From Pricia sp. (lineage in GTDB: Bacteria > Bacteroidota > Bacteroidia > Flavobacteriales > Flavobacteriaceae), in assembly GCA_024635875.1 (NCBI GenBank), contig JAGXIC010000136.1, positions 1 to 50,254 on the forward strand: DNA of 50,254 nt, given 5' to 3'. The notes beneath the pieces were generated by a model. That model had not been told where the DNA came from, did no database searches, and saw nothing but the letters and a program-made list of their open reading frames with translations. The stretch's first letter is position 1. Each line of letters opens with the position of its first letter. Positions 9,801 through 18,678 of this stretch are shown one piece after another. The position numbers and the translations under genes were made by a program.

Positions 9801-10560
9801 AAGCCTAATTGTATTATGCTTAGGTTTCTTTGTGGTGGCAACCCTTTACTCAGCTGTTGGCTTTGGTGGCGGGTCTAGCTATTTGGCTTTGTTAGCGCTT
9901 TTTTTAGGGGGATTTTTCGCCATCCGTTCCATCGCTCTAATTTGCAATTTGATAGTCGTTTCCGGTAGTACATACCTTTATTTTAAAAATGGACATGCGA
10001 AAATCAGGGATTTTCTTCCGTTTGTACTCGCTAGTATTCCTTTGGCGTTCATCGGGGCATCTTTTCGACTGGAGGAGCATATTTTCTTTATTCTTTTGGG
10101 ATTGTCTTTGGTTACTTCATCTCTATTTTTGGCCTGGCAGACGTTTTCCAAAAAACCTACTTCCAAGCGCATAAAATCCTATCCCAAATATCTAAGCTAT
10201 GTTTTGGGAGGTGGTATCGGACTTTTATCCGGACTGGTAGGTATCGGTGGAGGTATTTTTTTGGCTCCGATACTCAATCACCTGCGGTGGGACAAGTCTA
10301 TCAAAATAGCGGCTTTGGCCAGTTTTTTTATCCTTGTGAATTCCCTTTCCGGAATTGCGGGATTGGTACAGGGTGATATGATGCAGCTCCCCTGGAAAGA
10401 AACCTTGGCTTTAGCGGCTTCGGTACTGATCGGTGGACAGTTAGGCATCCGCATAAGCCTAAAACGATTGACGCCGAATGGAATCAAAAGAGTAACAGCT
10501 TTATTGGTTTTTATTGTCGGAGTCCGCATTTTGGTGAAGTATCTCCCAATGATTTGGTAA
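9784..10560 (+). CDS. TauE/SafE family sulfur-oxyanion transporter
   Basis: Multiple TM segments with repeated GFGGG / SGLVGIGGG motifs. Overlaps the moeB stop. Confidence 0.88.
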   Translation: MGLPIESLIVLCLGFFVVATLYSAVGFGGGSSYLALLALFLGGFFAIRSIALICNLIVVSGSTYLYFKNGHAKIRDFLPFVLASIPLAFIGASFRLEEHIFFILLGLSLVTSSLFLAWQTFSKKPTSKRIKSYPKYLSYVLGGGIGLLSGLVGIGGGIFLAPILNHLRWDKSIKIAALASFFILVNSLSGIAGLVQGDMMQLPWKETLALAASVLIGGQLGIRISLKRLTPNGIKRVTALLVFIVGVRILVKYLPMIW

Positions 10561-10597
10561 ACGTTTTTGGTGGTAGTTCCATCCCGCATGGAAAAAT

Positions 10598-10643
10598 TTA
10601 AGGTTTAATTTTAATTATGCCTACGGGCATTGTTCAAAGTTTA
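10598..10643 (-). repeat. TTRAAC-framed mini-hairpin element
   Basis: TTAAGGTTTAA...ATGCC-TACG-GGCAT-TGTTCAAAGTTTA. Confidence 0.6.
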
Positions 10644-10766
10644 CTGCTAAAGCTTAACGGCGTGCACCTAAAACCCTGCTTCGCCGGCCAAGCAGGCGGT
10701 AACAGATACACGGTAGCGATGGAGCCTTAACCCGTTTTCGCTCAAGGCACGAATTTTTCAAATCCT

Positions 10767-10774
10767 TATCTTTG
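10767..10774 (+). promoter_or_regulatory. Sigma-A -7 element
   Basis: TATCTTTG about 30 nt upstream of the WbqC-like gene. Confidence 0.6.
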
Positions 10775-10803
10775 TTCGCTTAAATGATTAATCTAACAGC
10801 CCA

Positions 10804-11436
10804 TTGAAAACCCTTTTGCATCCCACCTATTTCCCTAACATCGCCACTTTTGCGATAATTGCACAAAATGAGATCCAATGGGAGGTCGAAGACAATTACC
10901 AAAAGCAGACCTATCGCAACCGTTGTTATGTCTGTACGGATCTTGGACGGCACATGCTGAGCATTCCAATTCAACATGTGGGCGGTGCACAGGGTCGGCA
11001 AAAATATAAGGATGTTTTGCTGGATAATTCCTATCCTTGGCAACGCAACCATTGGCGCACGCTTCAGACAGCCTATAGAACCTCCCCCTTTTTTGAATTT
11101 TATGAAGATGAAATGGAGCCACTTTACGAGCAAACTTTTGAAAAGTTGATGGATTTCAACTTTAAGACCATTCAGATGCTCTGCAGTTGCCTTCAAATTG
11201 ACATGCCGGAAGATAAAACATCAGGATATGGGATAGGTCCTACCGATGTGCAGGATTCAAGATTTTTGGTCAGCGCAAAACGGAAGCTTGAGGTACCCCA
11301 AGAAATGTATGTACAGGTTTTTGGTGACCGACATGGTTTTGTGAAAAATACCAGTGTTCTAGATCTTCTTTTTAATGAGGGTACCAATGCATTGACCTAT
11401 TTAAAGAAGCAAAATACAGACTTTCTGAATGTTTAG
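10804..11436 (+). CDS. WbqC family protein
   Basis: PTYFP, YQKQTYRNR, AYRTSPFFEFY, YVQVF, SVLDLLFNEG. TTG start. Confidence 0.88.
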   Translation: MKTLLHPTYFPNIATFAIIAQNEIQWEVEDNYQKQTYRNRCYVCTDLGRHMLSIPIQHVGGAQGRQKYKDVLLDNSYPWQRNHWRTLQTAYRTSPFFEFYEDEMEPLYEQTFEKLMDFNFKTIQMLCSCLQIDMPEDKTSGYGIGPTDVQDSRFLVSAKRKLEVPQEMYVQVFGDRHGFVKNTSVLDLLFNEGTNALTYLKKQNTDFLNV

Positions 11437-11740
11437 GGTCTTCGTACATTATAGTATCCACTTTATTGTGCCAATCGCTATTGGATTGTTCTTTTTCAAG
11501 CGACACAGAACAAAAGTAATCCTCATTTTATTGGCGGGAATCGTAATCGATGTCGATCATCTGTGGGCGGATCCCATATTTGACCCTGAGCGATGCAGTA
11601 TAGGGTTTCATCCATTACATAGCTATTGGGCGATAGCAACATATTTCGGATTGCTATTCTTCAAGAAAACATGGATTTTCGGCCTCGCACTGCTTATCCA
11701 TATTTTTGCGGATGTTATGGATTGTTTTTTAATGTTTTAA
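11429..11740 (+). CDS. Small membrane protein (DUF6122-like; His/Asp-rich metal-hydrolase-like motifs)
   Basis: HYSIH, DVDHL, RCSIGFHPLHSY, HIFAD. Confidence 0.8.
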   Translation: MFRVFVHYSIHFIVPIAIGLFFFKRHRTKVILILLAGIVIDVDHLWADPIFDPERCSIGFHPLHSYWAIATYFGLLFFKKTWIFGLALLIHIFADVMDCFLMF

Positions 11741-11853
11741 GATTCATTCGTATTGACTTGTCTTTATCTTTTTGATTTTCAAACTTTTATTTTTGAAAAT
11801 TTGTCCACCGTACACGCTCTATAAAAATCACGACTATTTTTTAGATTTTGGCA

Positions 11854-11875
11854 TCTCGACTGCGCTCGATTTGAT
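11854..11875. repeat. REP-like half element
   Basis: TCTCGACTGCGCTCGATTTGA matches the right arm at 23093-23116 (TTCTCGACTGAGCTTGAACAGACA). Confidence 0.55.
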
Positions 11876-11902
11876 AATTTTAGAATTTGGTGTTTGTAAT
11901 TT

Positions 11903-12928
11903 TTACTCCCTCAACCCAAACGACGCCATCACCGGATAGTGATCTGAATATTTGAAATTGTAGTTTTTATGCGCTTTGACCTCGAATGAACTATCCGCCA
12001 TTATAAAATCGATCCGTAAGGGTATGTTTAAAAAGGTGAAGGTTCGGCCATAGCCCGACCCTGCCTCGATAAAACTATCTTGCATGTCTCCCTTGAGGAT
12101 ATGGTACTCTTTTGAAAACTGGGTGTTGTTGAAGTCCCCGCAAAGAAGGGTTTTATATGGACTCGTTTCACGGTGTTGCGCTATCATTTCGGCCTGTTGT
12201 TCCTGTTTTTTGAAGGCGTTTACGACCTTTCGATAGAGAAATTCAGAAGAATGGGAGCGCAGTACCCCCGTTCCTGGCGTTATGCCCAGCGATTGCATAT
12301 GCACGTTATAAAGGCGCAGTGTATCCCCACGATAGGCAATATCGGCATACGAACCGTTATTGATACTGTTGGGAAAAGTTAGCGTCTCCGCTTTGACAAT
12401 CGGGTATTTAGAAAAGATGCCCAAATGTACTTTGTCACCAGTGGGTATTTTCATTAAGTAGTGGTACGGATAATCCGAAAATTCCTTTACCATGCCAATA
12501 CTGACTTCTTGGAAAGATATGATATCCGGTTGCTCCTCTCTCACAAGGTTTTGAATGGCCTTAAAAACATTTTTACGTTCCGTCCATCCGAATTCGTTGA
12601 AGGTCCGCACATTGTAGCTCATTATTTTTAAATCCTCCTTTTGGAATTGGTTTTTGGGAAAATTTAATTTAACGAAAGTCCCCAGTACAAAATAGCCGAA
12701 TACCAGTACAAAAAGCGATGGAAGCATTTGTCGTTTTCCTTGGATGGCCCAACACAAAAAAAAGAGGAAGTTGATAGCTACCAAAACGGGCACCGCCAAA
12801 CTTAAGAAGGATAGAAACGGAAGAAAGTTGACGGACAGATAAGGTACCGCACAGGCTACCAGTAGCAGAATGACAAAGATGAGGTTGAGCGCATATACGA
12901 TTGTATTGAAAACGGATAGTCCCTTCAC
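11903..12928 (-). CDS. Endonuclease/exonuclease/phosphatase family protein, membrane-anchored
   Basis: N-terminal TMs, MSYNV, FQE, GDFN, RIDFI, SDHYPV. Confidence 0.92.
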   Translation of the reverse strand: MKGLSVFNTIVYALNLIFVILLLVACAVPYLSVNFLPFLSFLSLAVPVLVAINFLFFLCWAIQGKRQMLPSLFVLVFGYFVLGTFVKLNFPKNQFQKEDLKIMSYNVRTFNEFGWTERKNVFKAIQNLVREEQPDIISFQEVSIGMVKEFSDYPYHYLMKIPTGDKVHLGIFSKYPIVKAETLTFPNSINNGSYADIAYRGDTLRLYNVHMQSLGITPGTGVLRSHSSEFLYRKVVNAFKKQEQQAEMIAQHRETSPYKTLLCGDFNNTQFSKEYHILKGDMQDSFIEAGSGYGRTFTFLNIPLRIDFIMADSSFEVKAHKNYNFKYSDHYPVMASFGLRE

Positions 12929-12933
12929 ATAAG

Positions 12934-12965
12934 AAGTTTAGGAGTTTACTGGTTTAGGAGTTTAG
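12934..12965 (+). repeat. 8-bp array (GAGTTTAG-like)
   Basis: AAGTTTAG GAGTTTAC TGGTTTAG GAGTTTAG. Confidence 0.75.
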
Positions 12966-13106
12966 GAAAACCACTTATACTGAACATTGATTTCCATTTT
13001 ATTTCCCCTGTTTTTTCGACATCTTGTACTATTTAGTTTGTGCTAAGTGCTTAATATTAGTCTTGAACTTGAACTTTGGAATTTTTTTTTTGCATCTACC
13101 TTAGGC

Positions 13107-13994
13107 CTAATCTTCCTTCCCCGCCTTGAACAGATAATCCTTTTCCGCTTTGGAAAGACTTTCGTAGCCCGATTTGCTTATTTTATCAAGGATAGCATCT
13201 ATTTTTTGTTGGTGGTTATCCTTGGTGGGGCTTGATTTTGAATGGGCGGAATTTTGTTGCTTGCGATAGACGGTCTTCATAGGCGCTTTCTTTCTACCAT
13301 TGCCGACGGTCGCACTACTTTTCTTGAACAGGTCTGCAATACTATCCATGAATTTTGAGAATCCCTCCCCGATATCTGTACCCTTGAACAACTGTCTGGC
13401 GTAAACATAGCCTAAGAAAGCACCTCCTAAATGGGCCAAGTGCCCCCCTACATTGCCTCCCATGGGAATCTGAATCAAATCCATCAAGACCACAAAAATT
13501 CCTACCTGCCAAAGTTTCACGTTGAAAAAGATAATACGCACCTCCTGATTGGGAATATAGGTGCATACAAAGATCAGCACGGCCATAACCCCGGCGGATG
13601 CCCCGACCAGGGAGGTGTTTTGCCCAATAAGCGCAGGAAAAATATTGTAACTGAGCAGAAATAGGAGTCCGCCTAAGATTACGCCCAAAAAGTAGACGTT
13701 CAAAAACCGCTTGCCATCGAAAAGATTGAGCATGATGCGTCCGGCTACATAAAGAATGTACATGTTCCACAAGATGTGAAAAAAACCGGCATGCAAAAAT
13801 GAATAGGTGACAATGGACCACGGCTGTACGAGAAAATCGAAAAAGTCTTGGGGCAACGCGAACCAATTCTCGATGTTGGGGCCGATCAACGCAGTGGTCA
13901 TCCCCATAACGATAAAAATAAGTACGTTTACCGCTATGAGCTTCTCCGCAACGCTTAACCTTGCGTAATGATATCTTATTCCTTCTCCATTCAT
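13107..13994 (-). CDS. Rhomboid intramembrane serine protease with C-terminal helical tail (DUF6576-like)
   Basis: FLHAGFFHILWNM, GASAG, AHLGG, C-terminal IDAILDKISKSGYESLS. Confidence 0.92.
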   Translation of the reverse strand: MNGEGIRYHYARLSVAEKLIAVNVLIFIVMGMTTALIGPNIENWFALPQDFFDFLVQPWSIVTYSFLHAGFFHILWNMYILYVAGRIMLNLFDGKRFLNVYFLGVILGGLLFLLSYNIFPALIGQNTSLVGASAGVMAVLIFVCTYIPNQEVRIIFFNVKLWQVGIFVVLMDLIQIPMGGNVGGHLAHLGGAFLGYVYARQLFKGTDIGEGFSKFMDSIADLFKKSSATVGNGRKKAPMKTVYRKQQNSAHSKSSPTKDNHQQKIDAILDKISKSGYESLSKAEKDYLFKAGKED

Positions 13995-14033
13995 CTTAAA
14001 TATCCTGTTAATCCTATGAATCCAAAACTCCAG

Positions 14034-14765
14034 TTAATTCCACCTCTTGTCATTAAAATTATTCTTTTTCCAGTACCACATCATGATAAATCCGGCAATC
14101 GCACCACCAATATGTGCGAAATGCGCGATGCCGGTGGCTGTACCGGTAAAACCAAAAATCAGGTCACCCACAATCAACAAGGGCACGAAATATTTGGCCT
14201 TTATAGGAATGGGTAGAAAGATAAGCATAAGTTCCGCTTCGGAAAAGGCAAAGGCGAACGCGACCAGAATTCCGTAAATTGCACCCGAAGCCCCAACGGC
14301 CGGGGTATTAAAGGCACTTAGAAGACTATCCACTTTATCCGCTCCGATCAAATCGTTCCAAGCGGGACTGTACTGTCCACCAGAGATAATTTCCATAACC
14401 TGATTTTCATCGACGCCTTGATCGACCAAAGCCTGTAAACCATCTTGAAACATGTAGTAATTTACACCGGTATGCAACAGGGCGGCCCCGATACCTGCCG
14501 AGAAATAAAAGAACAAAAACTTGTTGCGGCCCCACATCTGCTCCAACGGGGTGCCAAAAGCCCAAAGGGCGTACATGTTGAACAGAATATGCATGATACT
14601 ACCATGCATGAACATATGCGAAATAATCTGCCACCACTCAAAATTCGGGCTCTCGGGGTAATAAAGTGAGAGCCAGGTATACATTTGAGGATAGATTTGT
14701 GCCGCCACAAAAACTATTACATTGATAATTAGCAAATGCTTTACGGCATCGGTCAATCTTCCCAT
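14034..14765 (-). CDS. Rhomboid intramembrane serine protease
   Basis: MFMHGSIMHILFNM, GASG, AHIGG. Confidence 0.93.
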   Translation of the reverse strand: MGRLTDAVKHLLIINVIVFVAAQIYPQMYTWLSLYYPESPNFEWWQIISHMFMHGSIMHILFNMYALWAFGTPLEQMWGRNKFLFFYFSAGIGAALLHTGVNYYMFQDGLQALVDQGVDENQVMEIISGGQYSPAWNDLIGADKVDSLLSAFNTPAVGASGAIYGILVAFAFAFSEAELMLIFLPIPIKAKYFVPLLIVGDLIFGFTGTATGIAHFAHIGGAIAGFIMMWYWKKNNFNDKRWN

Positions 14766-16613
14766 TTATATAAATTTTTTATCGATATCGTTTTCCGTAA
14801 TGGTAATGTATACAGGTTTGTTAAAAGGGCTGGTCATGGACTCTGTACAGGCAAAAAGGTCATTGACCAAGGCCAATTGCGACTGCCGATCTAATATCTC
14901 CCCGGTCTTTACCGAAAGGGTCTTGGCCAAGGTTTTCGACAACATGTCGGTATGTGAGAAACTCTCGCCGATTACCTCCTGCTGGTAGTCGGAAATCAAT
15001 TGGTCCAACACCATGCCCACCTCGCTTTCGGCCACCAGCAAAGGTACACCGGTTACCGTAATGGATTCTCCTTCAATTTTTTCGAAAATAAAGCCCACCG
15101 ATACCAGAATGTCCTCGATTTCCTGTAATGCGCCGATTTCCGAAGTCGAAAAAGAAAGCGTCAACGGAAATAGTAATTGCTGGCTTACGGCTTCTTTGAT
15201 TGTACCGTTTTTCAAAAATCGCTCATAAAGCACCCTTTGGTGCGCTCGGCTCTGATCGATGACGATCATACCCGATTTAATGGTCGTGACAATATATTTT
15301 CTGCGTATCTGAAAGGTAGTCGTCACGGTTTCTGCCGCTTCTTTTTCGCCTTCGAAAATAGATCCGGTAATGGTATCGGATTCATAGCTGATGCTACCAA
15401 CATCATCCTCTTTGCCCCATTTAGATTCCATGCCGACGTAAAGGTTTTCCCAGTTGGCATTTTGTCTTTTGTAATTCCGTGTTGTAAAACCGCCTTGCTG
15501 TTTCTCTTGGAAAGGATTGAACCCCGCATCGACCGTGACCTGGGGTACAACGGCCGACCTGTTCTTAAAGCCGTACGGTGTTTGCAAGTTCGGGTCGTGA
15601 TCAAAATCCAATGCCGGGGCTACATTGAACTGGCCTAGGCTGTGTTTGACGGTAGAGCGTAGGATAGCGTAAAGACTATGCTCGTCGTCGAATTTCACCT
15701 CTGTCTTAGTTGGATGGATATTAACATCGAGTGATGCCGGATTTACCTCGAGATACAAAAAATAGCCCGGATAAGTGTCCGATTTTATCAGTCCCTCAAA
15801 AGCGGCGACAATTGCATGGTGCAGATACGGACTCTTGATAAACCGGTGGTTGACAAAAAAGAACTGCTCCCCCCGGCTTTTTTTGGCGAATTCGGGTTTC
15901 GTAATAAAGCCCTTGATTTTTACAATGGGGGTTTCTTCTTCCACGGGAACTAATTTTTGGTTCGTGCGGGTTCCAAAAATGCTAACGATACGTTTTCGAT
16001 GATTGTCCGCCGGCAGATTGAACATTTCGCTACCGTTGTGGTAAAAATGAAAGGCCACATTGGGGTGGGCCAATGCTACCCGATGAAATTCGTCGGTAAT
16101 ATGCCGTAATTCGACGTGATTTGATTTGAGAAAATTCCGCCGTGCGGGAATATTAAAAAATAGATTTTTGACCGCAATCGAAGTCCCTTTAGCCGTAACC
16201 GTAGTTTCTTGAAGCACTATTTCGCTACCTTCTATCCGAAGGTGGGTGCCAAGCTCTTCGGTATCGGGTTTGGTCTGCATCTCGACATGGGCGATGGCGG
16301 CAATAGAGGCCAAGGCTTCCCCGCGGAACCCTTTGGTGTTCAAATTAAAAAGATCTTCCGCCTTTTCGATTTTAGAGGTTGCGTGGCGTGAAAAACTCAA
16401 TCGTGCGTCGGTGGTACTCATGCCAAGACCATCGTCGACTACCTGTATCAGGACTTTACCACCATCTTTAACAATGAGTTTTATACAAGTTGCCCCGGCA
16501 TCCAGGGCATTTTCGAGAAGTTCCTTGACAACTGAAGCAGGCCGTTGTACCACTTCGCCCGCCGCTATCTGGTTAGCGACATGGTCCGGCAAGAGTTTAA
16601 TGATATCAGCCAT
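14766..16613 (-). CDS. mutL: DNA mismatch repair protein MutL
   Basis: NQIAAGEVVQRPASVVKELLEN, GFRGEALAS, DVNIHPTKTEV, C-terminal dimerisation domain. Confidence 0.97.
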   Translation of the reverse strand: MADIIKLLPDHVANQIAAGEVVQRPASVVKELLENALDAGATCIKLIVKDGGKVLIQVVDDGLGMSTTDARLSFSRHATSKIEKAEDLFNLNTKGFRGEALASIAAIAHVEMQTKPDTEELGTHLRIEGSEIVLQETTVTAKGTSIAVKNLFFNIPARRNFLKSNHVELRHITDEFHRVALAHPNVAFHFYHNGSEMFNLPADNHRKRIVSIFGTRTNQKLVPVEEETPIVKIKGFITKPEFAKKSRGEQFFFVNHRFIKSPYLHHAIVAAFEGLIKSDTYPGYFLYLEVNPASLDVNIHPTKTEVKFDDEHSLYAILRSTVKHSLGQFNVAPALDFDHDPNLQTPYGFKNRSAVVPQVTVDAGFNPFQEKQQGGFTTRNYKRQNANWENLYVGMESKWGKEDDVGSISYESDTITGSIFEGEKEAAETVTTTFQIRRKYIVTTIKSGMIVIDQSRAHQRVLYERFLKNGTIKEAVSQQLLFPLTLSFSTSEIGALQEIEDILVSVGFIFEKIEGESITVTGVPLLVAESEVGMVLDQLISDYQQEVIGESFSHTDMLSKTLAKTLSVKTGEILDRQSQLALVNDLFACTESMTSPFNKPVYITITENDIDKKFI

Positions 16614-16912
16614 TATTTCGAAAAGAATATGGAGAGGTCAAAATCGAATATGTAAAGCACGATTAAAACGAGCACTGCTAAAATGATGATCATTCGCTTT
16701 TTGAGATTACGGTCGCCTTGTTGCCGTATATCCGACATGGCGTTGCCGAACTTACCTTTCAAGCCTCTAGGGGAGTCGACGGTGCTACGAAATTTATCAA
16801 ATTTCGGCTCGATTTTAAACGGACTCCCCTTTCCCTCATCATCGAAATAACGGGGCTGATAATCGAACTTCTTGCTGCGCTGTAATCGCGTGAATTTACT
16901 TAACATACCCAT
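16613..16912 (-). CDS. Conserved small protein with C-terminal TM helix, unknown function
   Basis: KKFDYQPRYFD motif and C-terminal TM. Stop overlaps the mutL ATG. Start moved to ATG 16912 because the TTG at 16921 lies inside a TAACTTTG promoter element. Confidence 0.8.
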   Translation of the reverse strand: MGMLSKFTRLQRSKKFDYQPRYFDDEGKGSPFKIEPKFDKFRSTVDSPRGLKGKFGNAMSDIRQQGDRNLKKRMIIILAVLVLIVLYIFDFDLSIFFSK

Positions 16913-16918
16913 GGTTTT

Positions 16919-16926
16919 CAAAGTTA
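16919..16926 (-). promoter_or_regulatory. Sigma-A -7 element for the hypothetical-mutL-rhomboid operon
   Basis: TAACTTTG on the minus strand, 6 nt before the ATG. Confidence 0.65.
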
Positions 16927-17010
16927 CTCAAAATCAAAAAATATGCCGTAACGTCATTGCCAAAATTTGTTAACCTTTTTTTTGGGGATACCACAAATTT
17001 AGGAAGTAGA

Positions 17011-17198
17011 GCCTATGGGCCGTTCAAGGTTTAACCCCTTCTTTGTAGCTATTCAAGATTCAATGCTTAAAAATTTTAAGAGTTTAGAAGGTTTAGGAGA
17101 TTAGAAAAAGTGATTTTTTCAAGAACCTTTAGCGGACGAAGTTTGCGTGGGCGAAGGTTGATCATTGGGTCTACTGAAAGCAGAATTGAACTTTAAAT
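17011..17198. repeat. Composite repeat spacer: inverted TTRAAC/hairpin arms around an 8-mer array
   Basis: Left arm GCC-TATG-GGC-CGTTCAAGGTTTAA and CTTTGTAGCTATTCAAGATTCAA. Centre GAGTTTAG-AAGGTTTAG-GAGATTAG. Right arm GCGGAC-GAA-GTTTGC and CTACT-GAA-AGCAG-AATTGAACTTTAAAT. Confidence 0.6.
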
Positions 17199-17263
17199 TT
17201 CGGCTGCAAATGACTAAAGCCTAGTACAAATGTTTTTGGAATTTAGTACTTGTATTTTGGAAA

Positions 17264-17746
17264 TTAATTCCCAAGGACTGCCATTTTAATCGCTGCAATA
17301 GCCGCTTCTGTCCCTTTGTTACCGTGTTTTCCGCCACTTCGTTCTTGGGCCTGTTGTAGATTGTTATCGGTAAGTACGCAGAAAACAACGGGTATCTCAC
17401 CGTTTAGATTAAGATCCATGATGCCATGTGCGGTAGCGCTGCATACGAAATCAAAGTGTTTGGTTTCCCCTTGGATAACGCTGCCAATGGCGATAACGGC
17501 ATGCACGTTTTGGGAAGCCATCATTTTTTTACAGCCGAAAGTCAGTTCAAAACTGCCTGGTACGTTCCAGCGGAGGATATTTTTTTCTAAAGCCCCACAA
17601 TCCAATAAAGCTTCATGAGCTCCGGTATACAAACCTTCCGTAATTTCGGAATTCCACTCGGAGACCACAATTCCGAAACGAAGATTTTTCGCATTCGGAA
17701 TCGTCGACTTGTCGTAAACGGAAAGATTTTTAGTAGCCGTTGCCAT
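17264..17746 (-). CDS. ribH: 6,7-dimethyl-8-ribityllumazine synthase
   Basis: SEWNSEIT, VPGSFEL, GSVIQGETKHFDFV, GNKGTEAA. Confidence 0.97.
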   Translation of the reverse strand: MATATKNLSVYDKSTIPNAKNLRFGIVVSEWNSEITEGLYTGAHEALLDCGALEKNILRWNVPGSFELTFGCKKMMASQNVHAVIAIGSVIQGETKHFDFVCSATAHGIMDLNLNGEIPVVFCVLTDNNLQQAQERSGGKHGNKGTEAAIAAIKMAVLGN

Positions 17747-17754
17747 ACATCTTT

Positions 17755-17788
17755 AATTCAGAATTCAGAATTTAGAAAATTCTGAATT
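17755..17788. repeat. AATTCAG heptamer repeat forming a 12-bp hairpin
   Basis: AATTCAGAATTT-AGA-AAATTCTGAATT (17762-17788) in the TPR-ribH spacer. Confidence 0.65.
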
Positions 17789-17795
17789 ATAGCTT

Positions 17796-18563
17796 TCACG
17801 CCCCACCTTCGGCCATTCCGATAAAGGCGTCGATATTTCTAGCAGCTTCAGAGGCGGAGTACTCCTCTTTTATCCTTTGAAAGTATTTTAGGGCTTTATC
17901 GCTTTGGTTGAGTTCCAGCGCGGTAATCCCGGCTTTGTAAAGATACTTAGGCGCAGTATAATCGTTATCACTGTGATTAAAGGCCTTTTCGTAATAGCCT
18001 AATGCATCATCAGGTTGGCCGAGTTGCATGAAGGCATCTCCGATTCCTCCTTTGGCCATGGCTCCCAAAATAGCATCTTCCGAGCCGAATTTTTCTAAAT
18101 GGGATATGGCTTCCTGATATTTTTGTAGGTTCAGGTACGACATTCCAGCGGAATAATTAGCTAAGTTTGCCGCCCGGGTACCACTATATTCGTCGATGAT
18201 ATCCAAGAATCCGTATTTGCCTTCGCCGCCGTTCAGGGCCAGATTGTAAAGGGAGTCTTTTGCGGTGGTATTGGTCAAGGCCTGGTCAAAATACTGCTGT
18301 GGATAGTACATTTCGTTAGACGCGCTCATTTCCTTGGGCTTTTCTACAAATTGTACGTAAGCAAGATAGCCCAGCACTCCCACGGCGACTACCCCGATAA
18401 GGCCCAAAATATAGTTTTGGTTTTTCGAGACCCAAGCCTCAGTTCTCGACGCGCCTTCGTCAAGCGAGCTGAATACTTCGGCGGTGGCACTCTCGTGCTC
18501 CAAACGCTCCTGTTCCTCTTCCTTGTTCTTTGGTTTGAATCCCCTTTTCTTATATGTGGCCAT
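17796..18563 (-). CDS. Membrane-anchored tetratricopeptide repeat protein (YfgM-like)
   Basis: Single TM followed by TPR helices. Start at ATG 18563 (MATYKKR), downstream of TATTTTTG at 18585-18592. Confidence 0.85.
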   Translation of the reverse strand: MATYKKRGFKPKNKEEEQERLEHESATAEVFSSLDEGASRTEAWVSKNQNYILGLIGVVAVGVLGYLAYVQFVEKPKEMSASNEMYYPQQYFDQALTNTTAKDSLYNLALNGGEGKYGFLDIIDEYSGTRAANLANYSAGMSYLNLQKYQEAISHLEKFGSEDAILGAMAKGGIGDAFMQLGQPDDALGYYEKAFNHSDNDYTAPKYLYKAGITALELNQSDKALKYFQRIKEEYSASEAARNIDAFIGMAEGGA

Positions 18564-18584
18564 GGTCGTTTTCTTAAAGTCGCG

Positions 18585-18636
18585 CAAAAATAAAGTTTTT
18601 ATCGAAAACCGGAAGGGTATTTATTCGTTATTTTTG
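18585..18636. promoter_or_regulatory. Divergent sigma-A promoters (TPR-ribH / recF)
   Basis: TATTTTTG on minus (18585-18592) and TATTTTTG on plus (18629-18636). Confidence 0.65.
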
Positions 18637-18678
18637 GAGTCCTTCTGATATTAACCCCAAAAATCTGAAGAGCGTCGC

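Noticed and set aside
17747-17795. FMN riboswitch upstream of ribH
   Set aside because: Only 49 nt, filled by an A/T heptamer hairpin, with no FMN consensus motifs.
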